Shown here: piece after piece, positions 22,841 through 32,000 of the stretch
Position numbering within the stretch: position 1 is the stretch's first letter
Layout: every line of letters begins with the position of its first letter
Source: Thermoplasmata archaeon
GTDB lineage: Archaea > Thermoplasmatota > DTKX01 > VGTL01
Assembly: GCA_038851035.1 (NCBI GenBank)
Contig: JAWCLH010000025.1
Location: 198-32,197 of the forward strand
Length of the DNA stretch: 32,000 nucleotides
Direction: 5' to 3'
Position numbers and translations under genes: made by a program
Notes under the pieces: generated by a model
Told to the model about the DNA's origin: nothing
Databases searched by the model: none
Seen by the model: only the letters and a program-made list of their open reading frames with translations

Positions 22841-23587
22841 TTGTTCTGGCCGCGTGCTCCGGCGGTTCTGCTGCAAATCGCGCCGCATGATACCGGCTGG
22901 ACGCCTCAGGAGTACCTTCCCCCGCCCCCGCGTCCCCAGGGTCATCCACTGCCCCTCCTTTTCAGGGTCGGCGCCATCGGTCTGCTCCTGATGGCCGCGG
23001 CCAGCTTTGCAGCCCTCCTCCTCATCGGACACACTCTCTTTCGCCCAGGGACGGATCCGTCAACCGCAGAGCGCTGGTTTCCGTTCATCCCTGCCCTGAT
23101 GTGCTGCGGCTCCCTTCTGTCGGCGGTGGGGTACTTCAGCAAACTACACCACTACGGCTCGGCCATAGGCGCGGTCACAGGAGGTTCCCTAGTTCCGGCA
23201 ACATTGATGTTTATGGATTTTCTCCTGTCCTCCTCGCAAATCCGACTGACTTATTATTGGGATGTCTTTGGGTGGGGAGCGGCAATGTTCTTCTTTTTCG
23301 GTGTCTGCGCGATACTGATGGGCGTTTCCCATATCGTCTCCCGCTTCCATATGGGTCACCCCTATCTCGGTGGGACCGCCGGAATTTTCTTCATTCTCTC
23401 AGGGGCCTTCTTCCTGTCCTATTTCCTGTTTCCAATTGGCATCGCCCTCTTTTTTGGCGCCTCCATCTGCGGCGCCTTGAACCTTATGCTGGCCAGATAC
23501 TATGAATACTGGCCCGGGGGGGCACTGGAGCCGCCGAACTCTCCGAACTACCCGCGCTGGCCCCCTCCGGTCGAAAAGGTGCGATGA
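22841..23587 (+). CDS. Polytopic membrane protein of unknown function (~6 TM helices)
   Basis: Successive hydrophobic helices (GAIGLLLMAAASFAALLLIG; FPFIPALMCCGSLLSAVGYF; GWGAAMFFFFGVCAILMGV; GIFFILSGAFFLSYFLFPIGIALFFGASICGAL). GC is visibly lower than in neighbouring genes. The start is uncertain: TTG 22841 has a GAGG 7 nt upstream, and the next in-frame ATG (22991) would cut TM1. Confidence 0.6.
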   Translation: MFWPRAPAVLLQIAPHDTGWTPQEYLPPPPRPQGHPLPLLFRVGAIGLLLMAAASFAALLLIGHTLFRPGTDPSTAERWFPFIPALMCCGSLLSAVGYFSKLHHYGSAIGAVTGGSLVPATLMFMDFLLSSSQIRLTYYWDVFGWGAAMFFFFGVCAILMGVSHIVSRFHMGHPYLGGTAGIFFILSGAFFLSYFLFPIGIALFFGASICGALNLMLARYYEYWPGGALEPPNSPNYPRWPPPVEKVR

Positions 23588-23615
23588 GCGTCCTCGGGTC
23601 GGGGCGCCGGCCCTC

Positions 23616-25154
23616 TCAAAGTATCGGCGTGTTCCTGAGCCACTCGAGGTCCGGGAGGTAGAGCCGGCGCATGTCGTCTATGCCGTAGCGCTTCATCACC
23701 AGCCTCTCGAGCCCGAGACCCCACGCCAGAACAGGGTGCTTTATGCCAAACGGCGCGGTCACCTCAGGGCGGAAAATCCCAGCCCCCCCGAGCTCCATCC
23801 AGCTGCCGTCGAAGAAGACCTCGACGTCGAGCGAGGGCTCGGTGTAGGGGTAGTAGGAGGGCCTGAATCGAATACCGGTGAATCCCATCCTCTCGTAGAA
23901 CTCCTTGAGCGTCCCCATGAGCATTCGGAAGGAGGCTCCCTCCTCCATGATTATACCCTCGATCTGGTGGAACTCGGCCAGGTGCGTCGCGTCGGTGGCC
24001 TCGCGTCTGAACACCCTGCCGACCGAGAAGGCCTTGACGGGCGGCTCCGGGTGCTCTGAGAGGTAGCGGATGGTGTTGACGGTGGTGTGGGTGCGCAGGA
24101 GCGCCCTCGATGCCTCCTCCTCCGACCATCTGTAGCGCCAGCCGTCCGAGCCGGTGTCGCCGCCGGTCTCGTGTATCTGCCTTATCAGCTCAGGGAGTCG
24201 GGGCGGGAGCTCGATTCTCGGTGGATTCTTCAGGTAGAAGGTGTCCTGCGCGTCCCGAGCGGGGTGGTCCTGCGGGATGAACAGGACGTCCATGTCCCAG
24301 AAGCAGGACTCGACGAAGTCGCCCTCTATCTCGGTGAAGCCCATGTGCAGGAATATGCTCCGAATTCTCTTTATCGCCTCGCGCAGGATGTGGGGCTTGC
24401 CACCTTGCGCCGCTGGGGCATAGGTATTTACATCGTAGGGCCTGAGCTCCACACCCCTCCAGGCCCCGCTGGTGATGAGCTCGGGCGTGAGCTGGGTCAG
24501 CTCCTCGCCGACCTCCAGCCCGGCCTCGACGAGCTTTCTGCCCCTCTCCGTGAGAACCAGCGTCCTCAGTCGCCTCTCCCTCGCCCTCAGCAGGCCTTTG
24601 CGCGTCAGGAGGAGAGGGAGCGAGCTGGCCCCGATTCTGCGCGCCTCGTCCTCCGGCAGACCGCCCTCCCGCCCCGCGGCCCTCAGGAGCGCAAGCTCCT
24701 CGCCCTCCGGCCCCCTTCTTAGGGCTTCGCGGCCCTCATCCGTGAGAGATATCCAGCTCCTCCCCGCCTCCTTCAGGATGCTGGCCCAGCCATTCCTCCT
24801 CAGCCACCCAAGGGCGACTCTCAGCTCCTCGGAGCCCATTCCAGGGGGCTTCAGCGCGCCCATCTCAACCCTCCCGCCCCTCCCCAGCTCCTCCAGCACC
24901 CTCAGGAGGGTGAACTCTGGGAGCTCGCCCCTCTCCACGTACCTTCTCCCCTCGTCATCGAGGAAGTAGGTGGTCTGAATTCGCTCGTGGATTTCCAGAA
25001 GCCCCTTCGACCTGAGCCACGAGGCCGCGCTCATCACCTCGACCAGCTCCCGGAAGCCTCCCTCCCTCACCACGTCCTCCGGGGCCGCGCTCCCCAGCCT
25101 TGAGATCGCGAGCAGGACCCTCCTCTCGTTCCTCGAGAGCTCCTCCGCAGCCAT
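23616..25154 (-). CDS. pheS: Phenylalanine--tRNA ligase alpha subunit, archaeal type
   Basis: FLHMGFTEIEG.FVES.FWDMDVLFIPQDHPARD.QDTFYL, motif 2 FRRE..DATHLAEFHQIEG, and motif 3 GAGIFRPEV. The long N-terminal winged-helix-like extension is typical of archaeal/eukaryal PheS. Confidence 0.92.
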   Translation of the reverse strand: MAAEELSRNERRVLLAISRLGSAAPEDVVREGGFRELVEVMSAASWLRSKGLLEIHERIQTTYFLDDEGRRYVERGELPEFTLLRVLEELGRGGRVEMGALKPPGMGSEELRVALGWLRRNGWASILKEAGRSWISLTDEGREALRRGPEGEELALLRAAGREGGLPEDEARRIGASSLPLLLTRKGLLRARERRLRTLVLTERGRKLVEAGLEVGEELTQLTPELITSGAWRGVELRPYDVNTYAPAAQGGKPHILREAIKRIRSIFLHMGFTEIEGDFVESCFWDMDVLFIPQDHPARDAQDTFYLKNPPRIELPPRLPELIRQIHETGGDTGSDGWRYRWSEEEASRALLRTHTTVNTIRYLSEHPEPPVKAFSVGRVFRREATDATHLAEFHQIEGIIMEEGASFRMLMGTLKEFYERMGFTGIRFRPSYYPYTEPSLDVEVFFDGSWMELGGAGIFRPEVTAPFGIKHPVLAWGLGLERLVMKRYGIDDMRRLYLPDLEWLRNTPIL

Positions 25155-25180
25155 CGGGGCGGGTATCGGGGCCGGTTTTC

Positions 25181-26485
25181 TTAAAGCTTTTCAGACATCC
25201 GACGCCCCCTCCCGAGCTCTAGCTTTGCGGTGAGGATTTTCTCCGTCGAGAAAACGCGCGCCGCCAGGGCCAGGACTCCCGCGGTGAAGAGGGCCTGATA
25301 CAGTATCCCCAGCGCCACGACGAGGTACTGGTGCGTGTAGAGGGCGCGGGAGGCGATTATCGGGTAGGAGAACGGAATCGCCAGAATCACCGCTTGGAGC
25401 CAGCCCGGGAGGGACTCCACCGGCGAGAACATCAGGACGATGGCCGGAATCATTATGGGTATGTAGAGGACGCCCATCAAGGACTGGGCGCTGCGCACGT
25501 CCTTCGTGAACACGGAGAACAGGACCGCGAGCGAGAGGGCGGAGACGAACGAGAGCAGCAGCGACGCACCGAGAAGGGCTATGCCCTCGGCAGGCGGAGC
25601 GAGGCCGAGCGATGCCAGGTCCAGGTCGCCCGCGCCGATTCCGAGGCTGCTGAAATAGAAAGAGAACCCGACGAGGTAGGAGGCGGTCGCTAGGAGCGAG
25701 ACCAGAACCACGCCCGCGAGCTTCCCGAGCAGGATGCTCACCCTCCTCACCGGGAGCGTCAGGAGGACCTCGAGCGTCTTCTGCTCCTTCTCCATCGCCA
25801 CAGAGGTCGCGGCGAGCTGTCCGGCCATTATTAAAAGAATCATCAGGGCCACCGGCATTGAGAACGAGGAGCCCATTATCGCGGCACCGACCAGAGTGGG
25901 GTCGGCATCCTTTGGCTCGCCGTGAATCACGCTGAGCGCTTTCGTCACCAGAGGCCGGGTCAGGTTTGGGGCGCTCTCGTTCGGGTAGGCCCTCTGCAGC
26001 CTCTCGGTCACGACCGCGTCGTTGAAGACCTCGACGGCAGACAAGAGCCTCTGGTGCACCGTGCTCTCGGCGATGGAATAGTCACGCATGATTCCGTAGA
26101 TCCTGACTTCGGCCGGCTTCAGCGCCTCGAGCCTCTCGGAGAAGTCGGGGGTAACCGCGACGAGCGCAATCTCCCCGCCCTCGAGCGCGCTCCGGAGCGC
26201 CGAGGTCTCATCAGCCGCGCTGATGTTCCGGACGGTGAGGTTGGACGCAACGAGGACCGCGCCCAGGAGAGTGGAGTAGGTTTCGTTGCCATCGAGGGAA
26301 TCCGTAGAGAAGAGGCCCACGGCCGCGCTCTCCACGCCCCGCTCCGCCGCCTCGCGCGAAGAGCCGATGGCGCCTCCTAGCACAGGGAATATGAGCATTG
26401 GGACGAGAACCATCCCCACTAGTAGCTTCGGGTCCCGCACCATCTCCCTGAGCTCCTTCCCCGCGATGTTCGCCAGAGGCCCCAT
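25181..26485 (-). CDS. ABC-2 type transporter permease (NatB-like)
   Basis: MGPLANIAGKELREMVRDPKLLVGMVLVPMLIFPVL is the typical ABC-2/NatB N-terminus. There is a large extracytoplasmic loop and 5 C-terminal TM helices. The ATG (26483-26485) shares one nt with the TGA of the ATPase gene (TGATG), and the track start at 26593 is rejected. Confidence 0.8.
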   Translation of the reverse strand: MGPLANIAGKELREMVRDPKLLVGMVLVPMLIFPVLGGAIGSSREAAERGVESAAVGLFSTDSLDGNETYSTLLGAVLVASNLTVRNISAADETSALRSALEGGEIALVAVTPDFSERLEALKPAEVRIYGIMRDYSIAESTVHQRLLSAVEVFNDAVVTERLQRAYPNESAPNLTRPLVTKALSVIHGEPKDADPTLVGAAIMGSSFSMPVALMILLIMAGQLAATSVAMEKEQKTLEVLLTLPVRRVSILLGKLAGVVLVSLLATASYLVGFSFYFSSLGIGAGDLDLASLGLAPPAEGIALLGASLLLSFVSALSLAVLFSVFTKDVRSAQSLMGVLYIPIMIPAIVLMFSPVESLPGWLQAVILAIPFSYPIIASRALYTHQYLVVALGILYQALFTAGVLALAARVFSTEKILTAKLELGRGRRMSEKL

Positions 26486-27228
26486 CACGCCCCACCCCCG
26501 GCCGCGCGCTCCACACCAACTACTGTGATGAACAGCTCCTCGAGGTTCCTCACACCGCGCTCCTCCATCAGCTCCCGCGGCGCGCCAGTGCACGCTATTC
26601 TTCCACCGTGCAGAATCGCGACGCGGTCGCAGAGGTACTCCACCTCGAGCAGGTTGTGGCTCGAGACCAGCGCGGCCGTCCCGGTCTCCCTCACCCTCTC
26701 CCTTATCACCCTGCGGATGTGGTGGGCGTGCAGGACGTCGAGCCCGGAGGTCGGCTCGTCGAGGATGTAGAGACGGGAGTCGGTCATCAGCGTCCGACCG
26801 ATCAGGAGGCGCCGCCTCATGCCACGGCTGTACTCTTTCGTCCGGGAGCGAATTCTATCGCCGAGACCGGCGATTCGGGCCCCGCGCCGAACCGCCTCCT
26901 CGGGGTCGCCGGGGTAGAACCGGGCCATGAAGCGCAAGTACTCCTCGCCCGTGAGGTTCTCGTAGGCCCCGGCCTCCTCGGGGAGGTAGGATATGATTCT
27001 CCTGACCTCGTCCCTCTCCCTCACGACGTCGTGGCCCCAGACCTCCGCCCTCCCCGCTGTGGGCACTAGCAGGGTGGCGGCGATGCGAATCGCAGTGCTC
27101 TTTCCGGCCCCGTTTGGGCCGATGAGGCCGAATATCTCTCCGGCCTCGACCGTGAGGTCCACCCCGTCCAGCGCCCGCACGCCGGAGTGGTAGTCCTTGA
27201 CCAGTCCGCACATCTCGAGTGCGTGCAT
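26485..27228 (-). CDS. ABC transporter ATP-binding protein
   Basis: Walker A GPNGAGKST, Q-loop, signature-like YSRGMRRRL, Walker B LYILDEPTSGLD, and H-loop SSHNL. Confidence 0.92.
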   Translation of the reverse strand: MHALEMCGLVKDYHSGVRALDGVDLTVEAGEIFGLIGPNGAGKSTAIRIAATLLVPTAGRAEVWGHDVVRERDEVRRIISYLPEEAGAYENLTGEEYLRFMARFYPGDPEEAVRRGARIAGLGDRIRSRTKEYSRGMRRRLLIGRTLMTDSRLYILDEPTSGLDVLHAHHIRRVIRERVRETGTAALVSSHNLLEVEYLCDRVAILHGGRIACTGAPRELMEERGVRNLEELFITVVGVERAAGGGA

Positions 27229-27397
27229 GGACCCACGGGACCACCAGCATGGGCCGCCGATAAATAACTATCGTAGGTGGTCTGCCGAGTTGCTTCCGGA
27301 CGCCGAGGCTGCCGTGGGGTCAACTCCGGCAGAGGGAAAAAATGCGCAAAATCTCTTATCACAACGCTTAAATATCACGCAAAAAAAGTACTATTGA

Positions 27398-27407
27398 TTT
27401 TATATAT
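27398..27407 (+). promoter_or_regulatory. TATA-like element (TTTTATATAT) for the second giant surface protein gene
   Basis: Centred about 27 nt upstream of GTG 27430 and about 36 nt upstream of ATG 27439. Confidence 0.5.
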
Positions 27408-27438
27408 CGCCGGCGCAGAAGCTCTCGCGGTGAGCTGG

Positions 27439-30400
27439 ATGACGAGAGCCGTCGCGATTGCGCTTTGCCTCTTACTGACCATCCCGGTTGCCCATGGCCC
27501 AAGTATCTCGCAGAACCCGCCGGCCGGCCCCGACCGCGCGCGGGACCCGGGAGCCACCCTGACCGGGGAGCGGGGCTCCGGGCCGCTGCATGAGCCTGCC
27601 GCAGAGACGGTTGAGGAAGCGTGCGCCTCCGGAAACCACGCCAGCGCGGCGGGGCATAACGCCCGGTGCCGAGAAAGTCCGGAGAACGAAGAGCCGGCTC
27701 CAGAGATTGAGCGCGCTGATTCACGGGGCCCGGGGGGTGCGCAATCCTCGGCCAAAATGGAGGTGGAAGGGAAAGGGACCTCTCCGTCCGCGCAGAAAGA
27801 GGACAAAACGGCGGGGATTGCACTTCCTGACGCTCATGAAGGAGCGGGCGACGGCAGGCTCGTCGTGATATCCAACGCCACGAACATCACCCTCGCGCTC
27901 GGGACCTTCAGCACCACCCTGCGCTACTTCCCTGACCCGAAGACGAACATCGGGACGCTCCAGAAGGGCGTTCCCGTGGACATCACGGGCCAGCTCGTTG
28001 ACGGAAACTACACCGAGCTCGGCGCGGGCGGCGCGGGCGCGGCGATGAGGAACCACGGAATCGCAAACATTGTTGAGATGGTCTACTGGGAGTTCAACCA
28101 CGAGCCCCAGACGCCGCTCGCTCTGGCGTGGAAGAACCCGGACGACATCAACGACACCGACATCAACGGGACCTTCGTGATTCAGCAGTGGGCGCCCGAT
28201 GTTCCGAAGGCCGGGCTCTACCCGATGGTCTTCTACTTCGAGGGCGCCTCGGTCGAGATCGGCGGCACGATATACAACATCTACCCGCCCTGCAGGAAGG
28301 AGTTCCTCGTGGCGGTCCAGTTCCCAGTGGAGCTCACCGTCGAGGTCTCGCCCGCGGCGCCGGAGGCGGGCGGGAACATAACGATAACCGGGACCGCGAG
28401 GGGCACGGACGGCGTCTCGCTGGACAACGAGGGCCTCCTGGTCTCGTTCGCGGGGACAAGAATCGGCGCCCCGCTGCCCGCGGGCTGGTACATCGACGAC
28501 GTCACCGTCGTCGCCGACACCCTCAGGACGGTCCTGAAGGAGAACTTCGAGACCGGCGGCACGGGCTGGACGCACGGCGGCGTCGGCGACGACTGGATGA
28601 TTGGAATACCGGCGAGCCCGATAGGCCCGACGAGCGCGAACAGCGGCCAGAGGTGCGCCGGGACCAATCTCAAGGGCTCGTACCAGCAGCTCGCGGACTG
28701 CGTTCTGGTCAGCCCCGACTTCAACCTGAGCATGGCGTTCAGCGCGCAGCTCTCCTTCTTCGAGTGGTACGACCTCGCCAGAGAGGACTCGATACTCGTT
28801 TCGCTGGAGGCGCTGATAGGCGGCCTGTGGATCGAGAGCGACGCGATCGAGGTGAACGGGAGCAGGCCCCAGTGGGCCCAGAGGACCATAGACTTCAGCG
28901 AGTTCACGAGGGGCGGCGGCGTTTTCGAGGCGGTGGGGTCGGAGAGGGTGCACATCAAGTTCAGGCTCGTCAGCCGGACCTTCTCCGTCTACACCTCCGG
29001 CGGAGAATACTCCTTCAGGTACCGGATACCGGACGAGACGCTTCCCGGAGAGCAGAACCTGACGGTGACGCACCCCGCCTCCCTCCTGTACGCCCACGGC
29101 TCCGTCTCGAAGGTTTTCCCGGTCAAGAGGCCGACGACCTTCGTCTTCCCCACAAACCCCGCGGCGCACATCGCATACCGTAGCAGCGCGGACGGCTCGA
29201 TACAGAAGTACATCGAGCTCAGGGCGAGGCTGGTCGACAGCCGCGGCGACCCGCCGATGATGAAGATAAAGGACGAGAAGGGCGAGGAGATCAGGCAGGA
29301 CTACACGGTCAAGGTCTACTGGGACGCCACGCCGCTCGACCCGCGCGACCAGCCGAAGCTGATTGGGAACGCGAGACCGCTGAACATGACGGAGAACTTC
29401 TGGGACGGCTCGCTGACGATCGCGTACAAGGTACCGAACGACCAGCCCCTGGGGCCGGTCTATGTGATATTCAGCTTCGGCGGAACTAGGTACTACTCCC
29501 CGGGCGAGGCCACAGATTCCTACACGGTGATGGCGCACACCTTCATCGAGCCCCCGCCGCCGGAGGAGAGGACCGTCTTCAGGGGAAGCACGGTCAACCT
29601 CTACGGCGTCCTGAAGGTGAGGCCGGAGGAGAGCCAGTTCGACACCATCCGCGGGGACCCCGTGCAGCTGAAGAACATCAGAATCTTCTGGGCGGGCGAG
29701 GAGCAGACGAAGGAGGGGAGGACGGTCATCACCGAGCTCGACGGCACATTCTCGATGTCGTATCATGTGTCGAGCACGCACGCCCTCGGGCTGGTCCCCG
29801 TGAGCTTCAAATTCGACGGCGACGACAGGTACCAGCCCTGCGCGGCGGACGTGAACTACTCCGTCAAGTCGCAGACATTCATCACGCTCGAGCCGCAGAC
29901 GGTGATGAAGGGCGTCCCGATCGACGTCTACATAGACGGCGTCCGGAGGCTGGGAATCGCCGGCGTTCTCAGGGACGACAAGGGCGACAGAATCGGCGGC
30001 GTGCCCGTGACGCTCAAGAGGCTCAGACTCGGGACCGAGGAGACGCTGAAGAGCAACCTGATAACGGGACCGGACGGCGTGTTCGTTTATCCGTTCACGG
30101 TCAGGTTCGAGGACCCCGTGGGCAACCTCACGCTCATCGCCACATTCGCCGGCGACGACAAGTACACGAGGTCCACGAACATGACCAACTACACGGTGCG
30201 CGTCAGGACCTCCATCGAGAGAATCGACACTCAGACCGAGGTCGCGCGCGGCGGGACGCTGAACGTTCAGGCGCTCCTCTACGAGGACTGGAACGGCGCC
30301 CCCGGGTACGAGATAAAATACGAGATGGTCACACTCTCGCTCGACGGCCAGCCGCTCACGAACAACATGACCGACAGCGGCGGCCAGGTCTCGTTCCGCT

Positions 30401-31572
30401 CGATTATCAGCTCCAAGACGCTCGTGGGGATGAGGGAGATATCGCTCAGGTACAACGGCAGCCAGTACTACCTCCCCACCGAGAACACATCGATGATTTT
30501 CGTTCAGGGGAGAACGCTCATCGAGTTCCAGGACGTCTACCCCAACGAGACGCTCCAGCAGAAGAGGCGGCTCAGCGGCAGGCTCAGGCTCGTCGACGAC
30601 GCCTACGTCCCTCTGGTGAACCAGACCGTGCTGGTCTTCTTCACAATCGAGAAGAGCTCGATAGACATCGAGAACCCCGAGATCGAGAAGGAGAAGAGGG
30701 ACAAGAGAATCGCCGTCGCCAACACGGACATACAGGGCTACATCAGCTTCAACGTGACCTTCAGAATGGGCGAGAACCTCGACAGCCAGCAGACCTGGAA
30801 GCTCCACCTGTGGGCTAAGTACGCGGGCCAGACGGAGGTCATGCCCGACGGCGAGGTCAAGATGAAGTACCTGAACTCGACCGGGACCTACTCCCTCACC
30901 TACATCATCCCGGCGAGGGTCAGGGTCCCAGAGTGGGGATGGCTGATCGTCCTGGTCATCATCGCCGTCGGCTCCATAATCACCGGCTGGGTGCTCTACG
31001 AAATCAACAAAAAGAGGGCTCTCAGGGGCATGCAGACGATCATCCGGAGGGCCGCAGACCAGCTCGTCGCCGGGAACGAGTACGCGGCGGTCATCTTCAA
31101 GGCCTACAGGAAGCTCGCCGCCAGCATGAAGAGGTACGGCTACATGAGGCGCGACAGCGAGACATTCCGCGAGTTCGAGAGGGCGATAAGGATAGCCCTG
31201 CCGATAGACCAGAAGGCGATGAACGAGTTCCTGACGGTTCTGGAGGAGGCCCGGTACAGCCAGCACGAGATGGGCGAGCCGGACAGGGACAGGGCGATAA
31301 ACGCCCTCAGGGCGGTCCAGTACTCGCTCGAGAAGGTCATCCTGACGCAGGAGCAGCTCGCAATGATTCAGGACAAGGCCGAGGCGCTGCCCGAGGAGGC
31401 AGAGCCCGACATATACATCCAGAGCGAGGAGGGCCTGAAGAAGGCCGAGGACATCGATATCCCGCTCGTCGAGGGGACGCCCGTGGAGCCGCCAGAGGAC
31501 CGGCGTCCTCGGGAGCCCACCACCGGTGGCGCCGGCAAGCCCGGTAGTGATGGGGGCGGGGGCACCCAGTAG
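27439..31572 (+). CDS. Giant (~1377 aa) surface glycoprotein-like protein: signal peptide, large beta-rich ectodomain, single TM, cytoplasmic DUF4129-like helical domain
   Basis: MTRAVAIALCLLLTIPVAHG is the signal peptide, with an alternative leaderless start at GTG 27430. There are about 20 N-x-S/T sequons. The TM segment WLIVLVIIAVGSIITGWVLY lies at about 30940-31000. It is followed by AAVIFKAYRKLAASMKRYGYMRRDSETFREFERAI...EEARYSQHE, which resembles DUF4129. The tail is acidic and Pro/Gly-rich. Confidence 0.8.
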   Translation: MTRAVAIALCLLLTIPVAHGPSISQNPPAGPDRARDPGATLTGERGSGPLHEPAAETVEEACASGNHASAAGHNARCRESPENEEPAPEIERADSRGPGGAQSSAKMEVEGKGTSPSAQKEDKTAGIALPDAHEGAGDGRLVVISNATNITLALGTFSTTLRYFPDPKTNIGTLQKGVPVDITGQLVDGNYTELGAGGAGAAMRNHGIANIVEMVYWEFNHEPQTPLALAWKNPDDINDTDINGTFVIQQWAPDVPKAGLYPMVFYFEGASVEIGGTIYNIYPPCRKEFLVAVQFPVELTVEVSPAAPEAGGNITITGTARGTDGVSLDNEGLLVSFAGTRIGAPLPAGWYIDDVTVVADTLRTVLKENFETGGTGWTHGGVGDDWMIGIPASPIGPTSANSGQRCAGTNLKGSYQQLADCVLVSPDFNLSMAFSAQLSFFEWYDLAREDSILVSLEALIGGLWIESDAIEVNGSRPQWAQRTIDFSEFTRGGGVFEAVGSERVHIKFRLVSRTFSVYTSGGEYSFRYRIPDETLPGEQNLTVTHPASLLYAHGSVSKVFPVKRPTTFVFPTNPAAHIAYRSSADGSIQKYIELRARLVDSRGDPPMMKIKDEKGEEIRQDYTVKVYWDATPLDPRDQPKLIGNARPLNMTENFWDGSLTIAYKVPNDQPLGPVYVIFSFGGTRYYSPGEATDSYTVMAHTFIEPPPPEERTVFRGSTVNLYGVLKVRPEESQFDTIRGDPVQLKNIRIFWAGEEQTKEGRTVITELDGTFSMSYHVSSTHALGLVPVSFKFDGDDRYQPCAADVNYSVKSQTFITLEPQTVMKGVPIDVYIDGVRRLGIAGVLRDDKGDRIGGVPVTLKRLRLGTEETLKSNLITGPDGVFVYPFTVRFEDPVGNLTLIATFAGDDKYTRSTNMTNYTVRVRTSIERIDTQTEVARGGTLNVQALLYEDWNGAPGYEIKYEMVTLSLDGQPLTNNMTDSGGQVSFRSIISSKTLVGMREISLRYNGSQYYLPTENTSMIFVQGRTLIEFQDVYPNETLQQKRRLSGRLRLVDDAYVPLVNQTVLVFFTIEKSSIDIENPEIEKEKRDKRIAVANTDIQGYISFNVTFRMGENLDSQQTWKLHLWAKYAGQTEVMPDGEVKMKYLNSTGTYSLTYIIPARVRVPEWGWLIVLVIIAVGSIITGWVLYEINKKRALRGMQTIIRRAADQLVAGNEYAAVIFKAYRKLAASMKRYGYMRRDSETFREFERAIRIALPIDQKAMNEFLTVLEEARYSQHEMGEPDRDRAINALRAVQYSLEKVILTQEQLAMIQDKAEALPEEAEPDIYIQSEEGLKKAEDIDIPLVEGTPVEPPEDRRPREPTTGGAGKPGSDGGGGTQ

Positions 31573-31699
31573 CAACGTCCATGGGGAGAGGAGATAAGCC
31601 TGAGGTGGGAAGACCGGGGGCTCTTCGGGGCCGCGAGCCACCTCCCGCCGCACCCCTAATTTTTTATCGCCCCACGCCATTCCGCGCCCTGGTGGAAGA

Positions 31700-32000
31700 A
31701 TGGGCTTTGGTCTCACAAAGGAGCAGCTCGAGTTGCAGGCCGAGGTTCGCGAGTGGGCCGAGAGGGAAGTCGCGCCGCGGGCCGAGGCCGTGGATGCCAC
31801 GGGCGAGTTCCCGCTGAACACGATAAGAAAGGCGGGCGAGAGAGGCTACGCGGGCCTGAACATTCCCGTCGAGTATGGAGGCCGGAAGGTGGACGGGCCC
31901 TCCTACGCCCTCGCCATCGAAGAGATATCCCGCGCCTGCGCGTCGGTGGGGGTGATTCTGGCGGTGCACAACTCGCTCGGCGCTCTGGGCGTCTATCTTT
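31700..32000 (+). CDS. Acyl-CoA dehydrogenase, N-terminal part (partial, runs off the right edge; not in the ORF track)
   Basis: My translation: MGFGLTKEQLELQAEVREWAEREVAPRAEAVDATGEFPLNTIRKAGERGYAGLNIPVEYGGRKVDGPSYALAIEEISRACASVGVILAVHNSLGA.., a classic ACAD N-terminal domain. GGTGG lies 5 nt upstream. An oligo-T/TATA-like CTAATTTTTTATC lies at 31656-31668. Confidence 0.85.
   Translation, partial: MGFGLTKEQLELQAEVREWAEREVAPRAEAVDATGEFPLNTIRKAGERGYAGLNIPVEYGGRKVDGPSYALAIEEISRACASVGVILAVHNSLGALGVYL

Noticed and set aside
22719-22949. N-terminal 77-residue extension of the TPR ORF.
   Set aside because: It would run through the A/T-rich divergent promoter region and overlap the start of the opposite-strand membrane gene. 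The internal ATG at 22718 has a Shine-Dalgarno-like GGAGCGAGG directly upstream.
27721-31821. A 1366-aa minus-strand ORF, the second-longest in the track.
   Set aside because: It is antisense to the clearly real surface-protein gene (27439-31572). Its translation is Arg/Pro/Gly/Val-rich with no motifs. Such shadow ORFs are expected in GC-rich DNA, where stop codons are rare.

Overview
This is a GC-rich window, roughly two-thirds G+C by eye, with G/C dominating third codon positions. It is almost certainly from an archaeon. It encodes archaeal/eukaryal-type Pth2, an archaeal-type PheS alpha subunit with a long N-terminal extension, a UPF0215/DUF99 protein and a DUF1616-like membrane protein. 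A/T-rich TATA-like boxes sit about 25-35 nt upstream of many start codons, which suggests leaderless or short-leader mRNAs. All family calls rest on motifs I recognise in the translated ORFs; no database search was possible.

I support about 26 protein genes:
- Housekeeping and metabolism: FAD-dependent oxidoreductase, UbiA prenyltransferase, MFS transporter, MtnX-like HAD phosphatase, RpiA, Pth2, DUF99, PheS, an ABC-2 transporter pair, and a partial acyl-CoA dehydrogenase.
- A TPD-motif (CDIN1/C15orf41-like) PD-(D/E)xK nuclease.
- Three complete large surface proteins plus one partial one: an FG-GAP/integrin-like protein and two giant proteins of about 1400 aa.
- A serpin.
- An accessory-looking stretch at about 16.9-23.6 kb.

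No rRNA, tRNA, CRISPR array or transposase/integrase was found. Because of the GC content, most long ORFs in the six-frame track are antisense or out-of-frame shadows.

The most interesting signal is a tightly coupled minus-strand operon at 19701-22718. It runs TPR protein, radical SAM/SPASM enzyme, a 67-codon ORF, then a GT-B glycosyltransferase. The C-terminal half of the 67-codon ORF is a Cys/Gly repeat (GCGGCDGGCGGCGGGCGGCGGGCTTVCGSCIGCVP). This has the architecture of a RiPP-like peptide-maturation system that I cannot assign to a described class.

Two further observations stand out. A 55-aa 4xCxxC zinc-finger ORF is missing from the track. A purine-rich intergenic region of about 450 bp carries degenerate repeats of about 65 bp.
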